The position numbers and the translations under genes were made by a program. Shown here one piece after another: positions 31,695 to 31,945 of a stretch of 31,945 nucleotides of DNA. The stretch is from IMG/VR virus record IMGVR_UViG_3300030202_000362, positions 1 through 31,945 of that record; one strand, 5' to 3'. Positions within the stretch are counted from its first letter, which is position 1; every line of letters starts with the position of its first letter. Source of the stretch: a virus (taxonomy: Duplodnaviria > Caudoviricetes). A model generated the notes under the pieces. It worked only from the letters and a program-made list of their open reading frames with translations. It was not told where the DNA came from and searched no databases.

Positions 31695-31945
31695 ATGGCT
31701 AACATTTCACTTGTACCCGTTACCGATATTAGAAATGTCTGGGGAGATATTTCCAGACACATAAAGAAAGCAACCGACTACACCTATGGAAGGTATGAAG
31801 AGATAGATGTTCTTCATGGGTGCGTAACAAATAAGTTTCATCTCTGGATTGTGTACAGTGATGGACCAGAATACATAGGAGCAGCTATCACAGAGGTACT
31901 AGACTACCCTAGAAAGAAAGCTCTCTCTGTTGTATTCCTTTCTGG
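31695..31945 (+). CDS. phage hypothetical protein, truncated by window edge (MANISLVPVTDIRNVWGDI...)
   Basis: Read by hand; AGGA RBS; open to the window end; LWIV...GAAITEVLDYPRKK. Confidence 0.75.
   Translation, partial: MANISLVPVTDIRNVWGDISRHIKKATDYTYGRYEEIDVLHGCVTNKFHLWIVYSDGPEYIGAAITEVLDYPRKKALSVVFLS

Overview
A ~32-kb segment of a tailed dsDNA phage with podovirus-like architecture, resembling uncultured aquatic phages. The host is probably an alphaproteobacterium, judged from GTTC-N7-GTTC LexA boxes. Bases 1-2101 hold small leftward (- strand) genes, including a GP88-family protein. Bases ~1140-2700 form a dense divergent control region. From 2707 to the end runs a continuous rightward morphogenesis module: TerS, TerL, portal, lysozyme, GroES, scaffold, capsid proteins, adaptor-like proteins, many tiny Lys/Arg-rich proteins, tail fibre/chaperone cassettes, a nozzle/stabilisation protein and probable ejection proteins. 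The most notable observations are: (1) a packed non-coding array of host-regulator sites (2 NrdR-like, several LexA, 3 copies of an unknown 18-mer) that could be a repressor-decoy array; (2) a complete sigma54 promoter + IHF site + four ftr-like enhancer palindromes; (3) a 780-aa protein with no Tyr, Trp, Cys, His or internal Met; (4) an unannotated 38-aa metallothionein-like peptide; (5) shared peptide motifs (tandem xxGG, an MCP-like N-terminus) on unrelated virion-module proteins. All product calls come from motif recognition and synteny; no database search was run.
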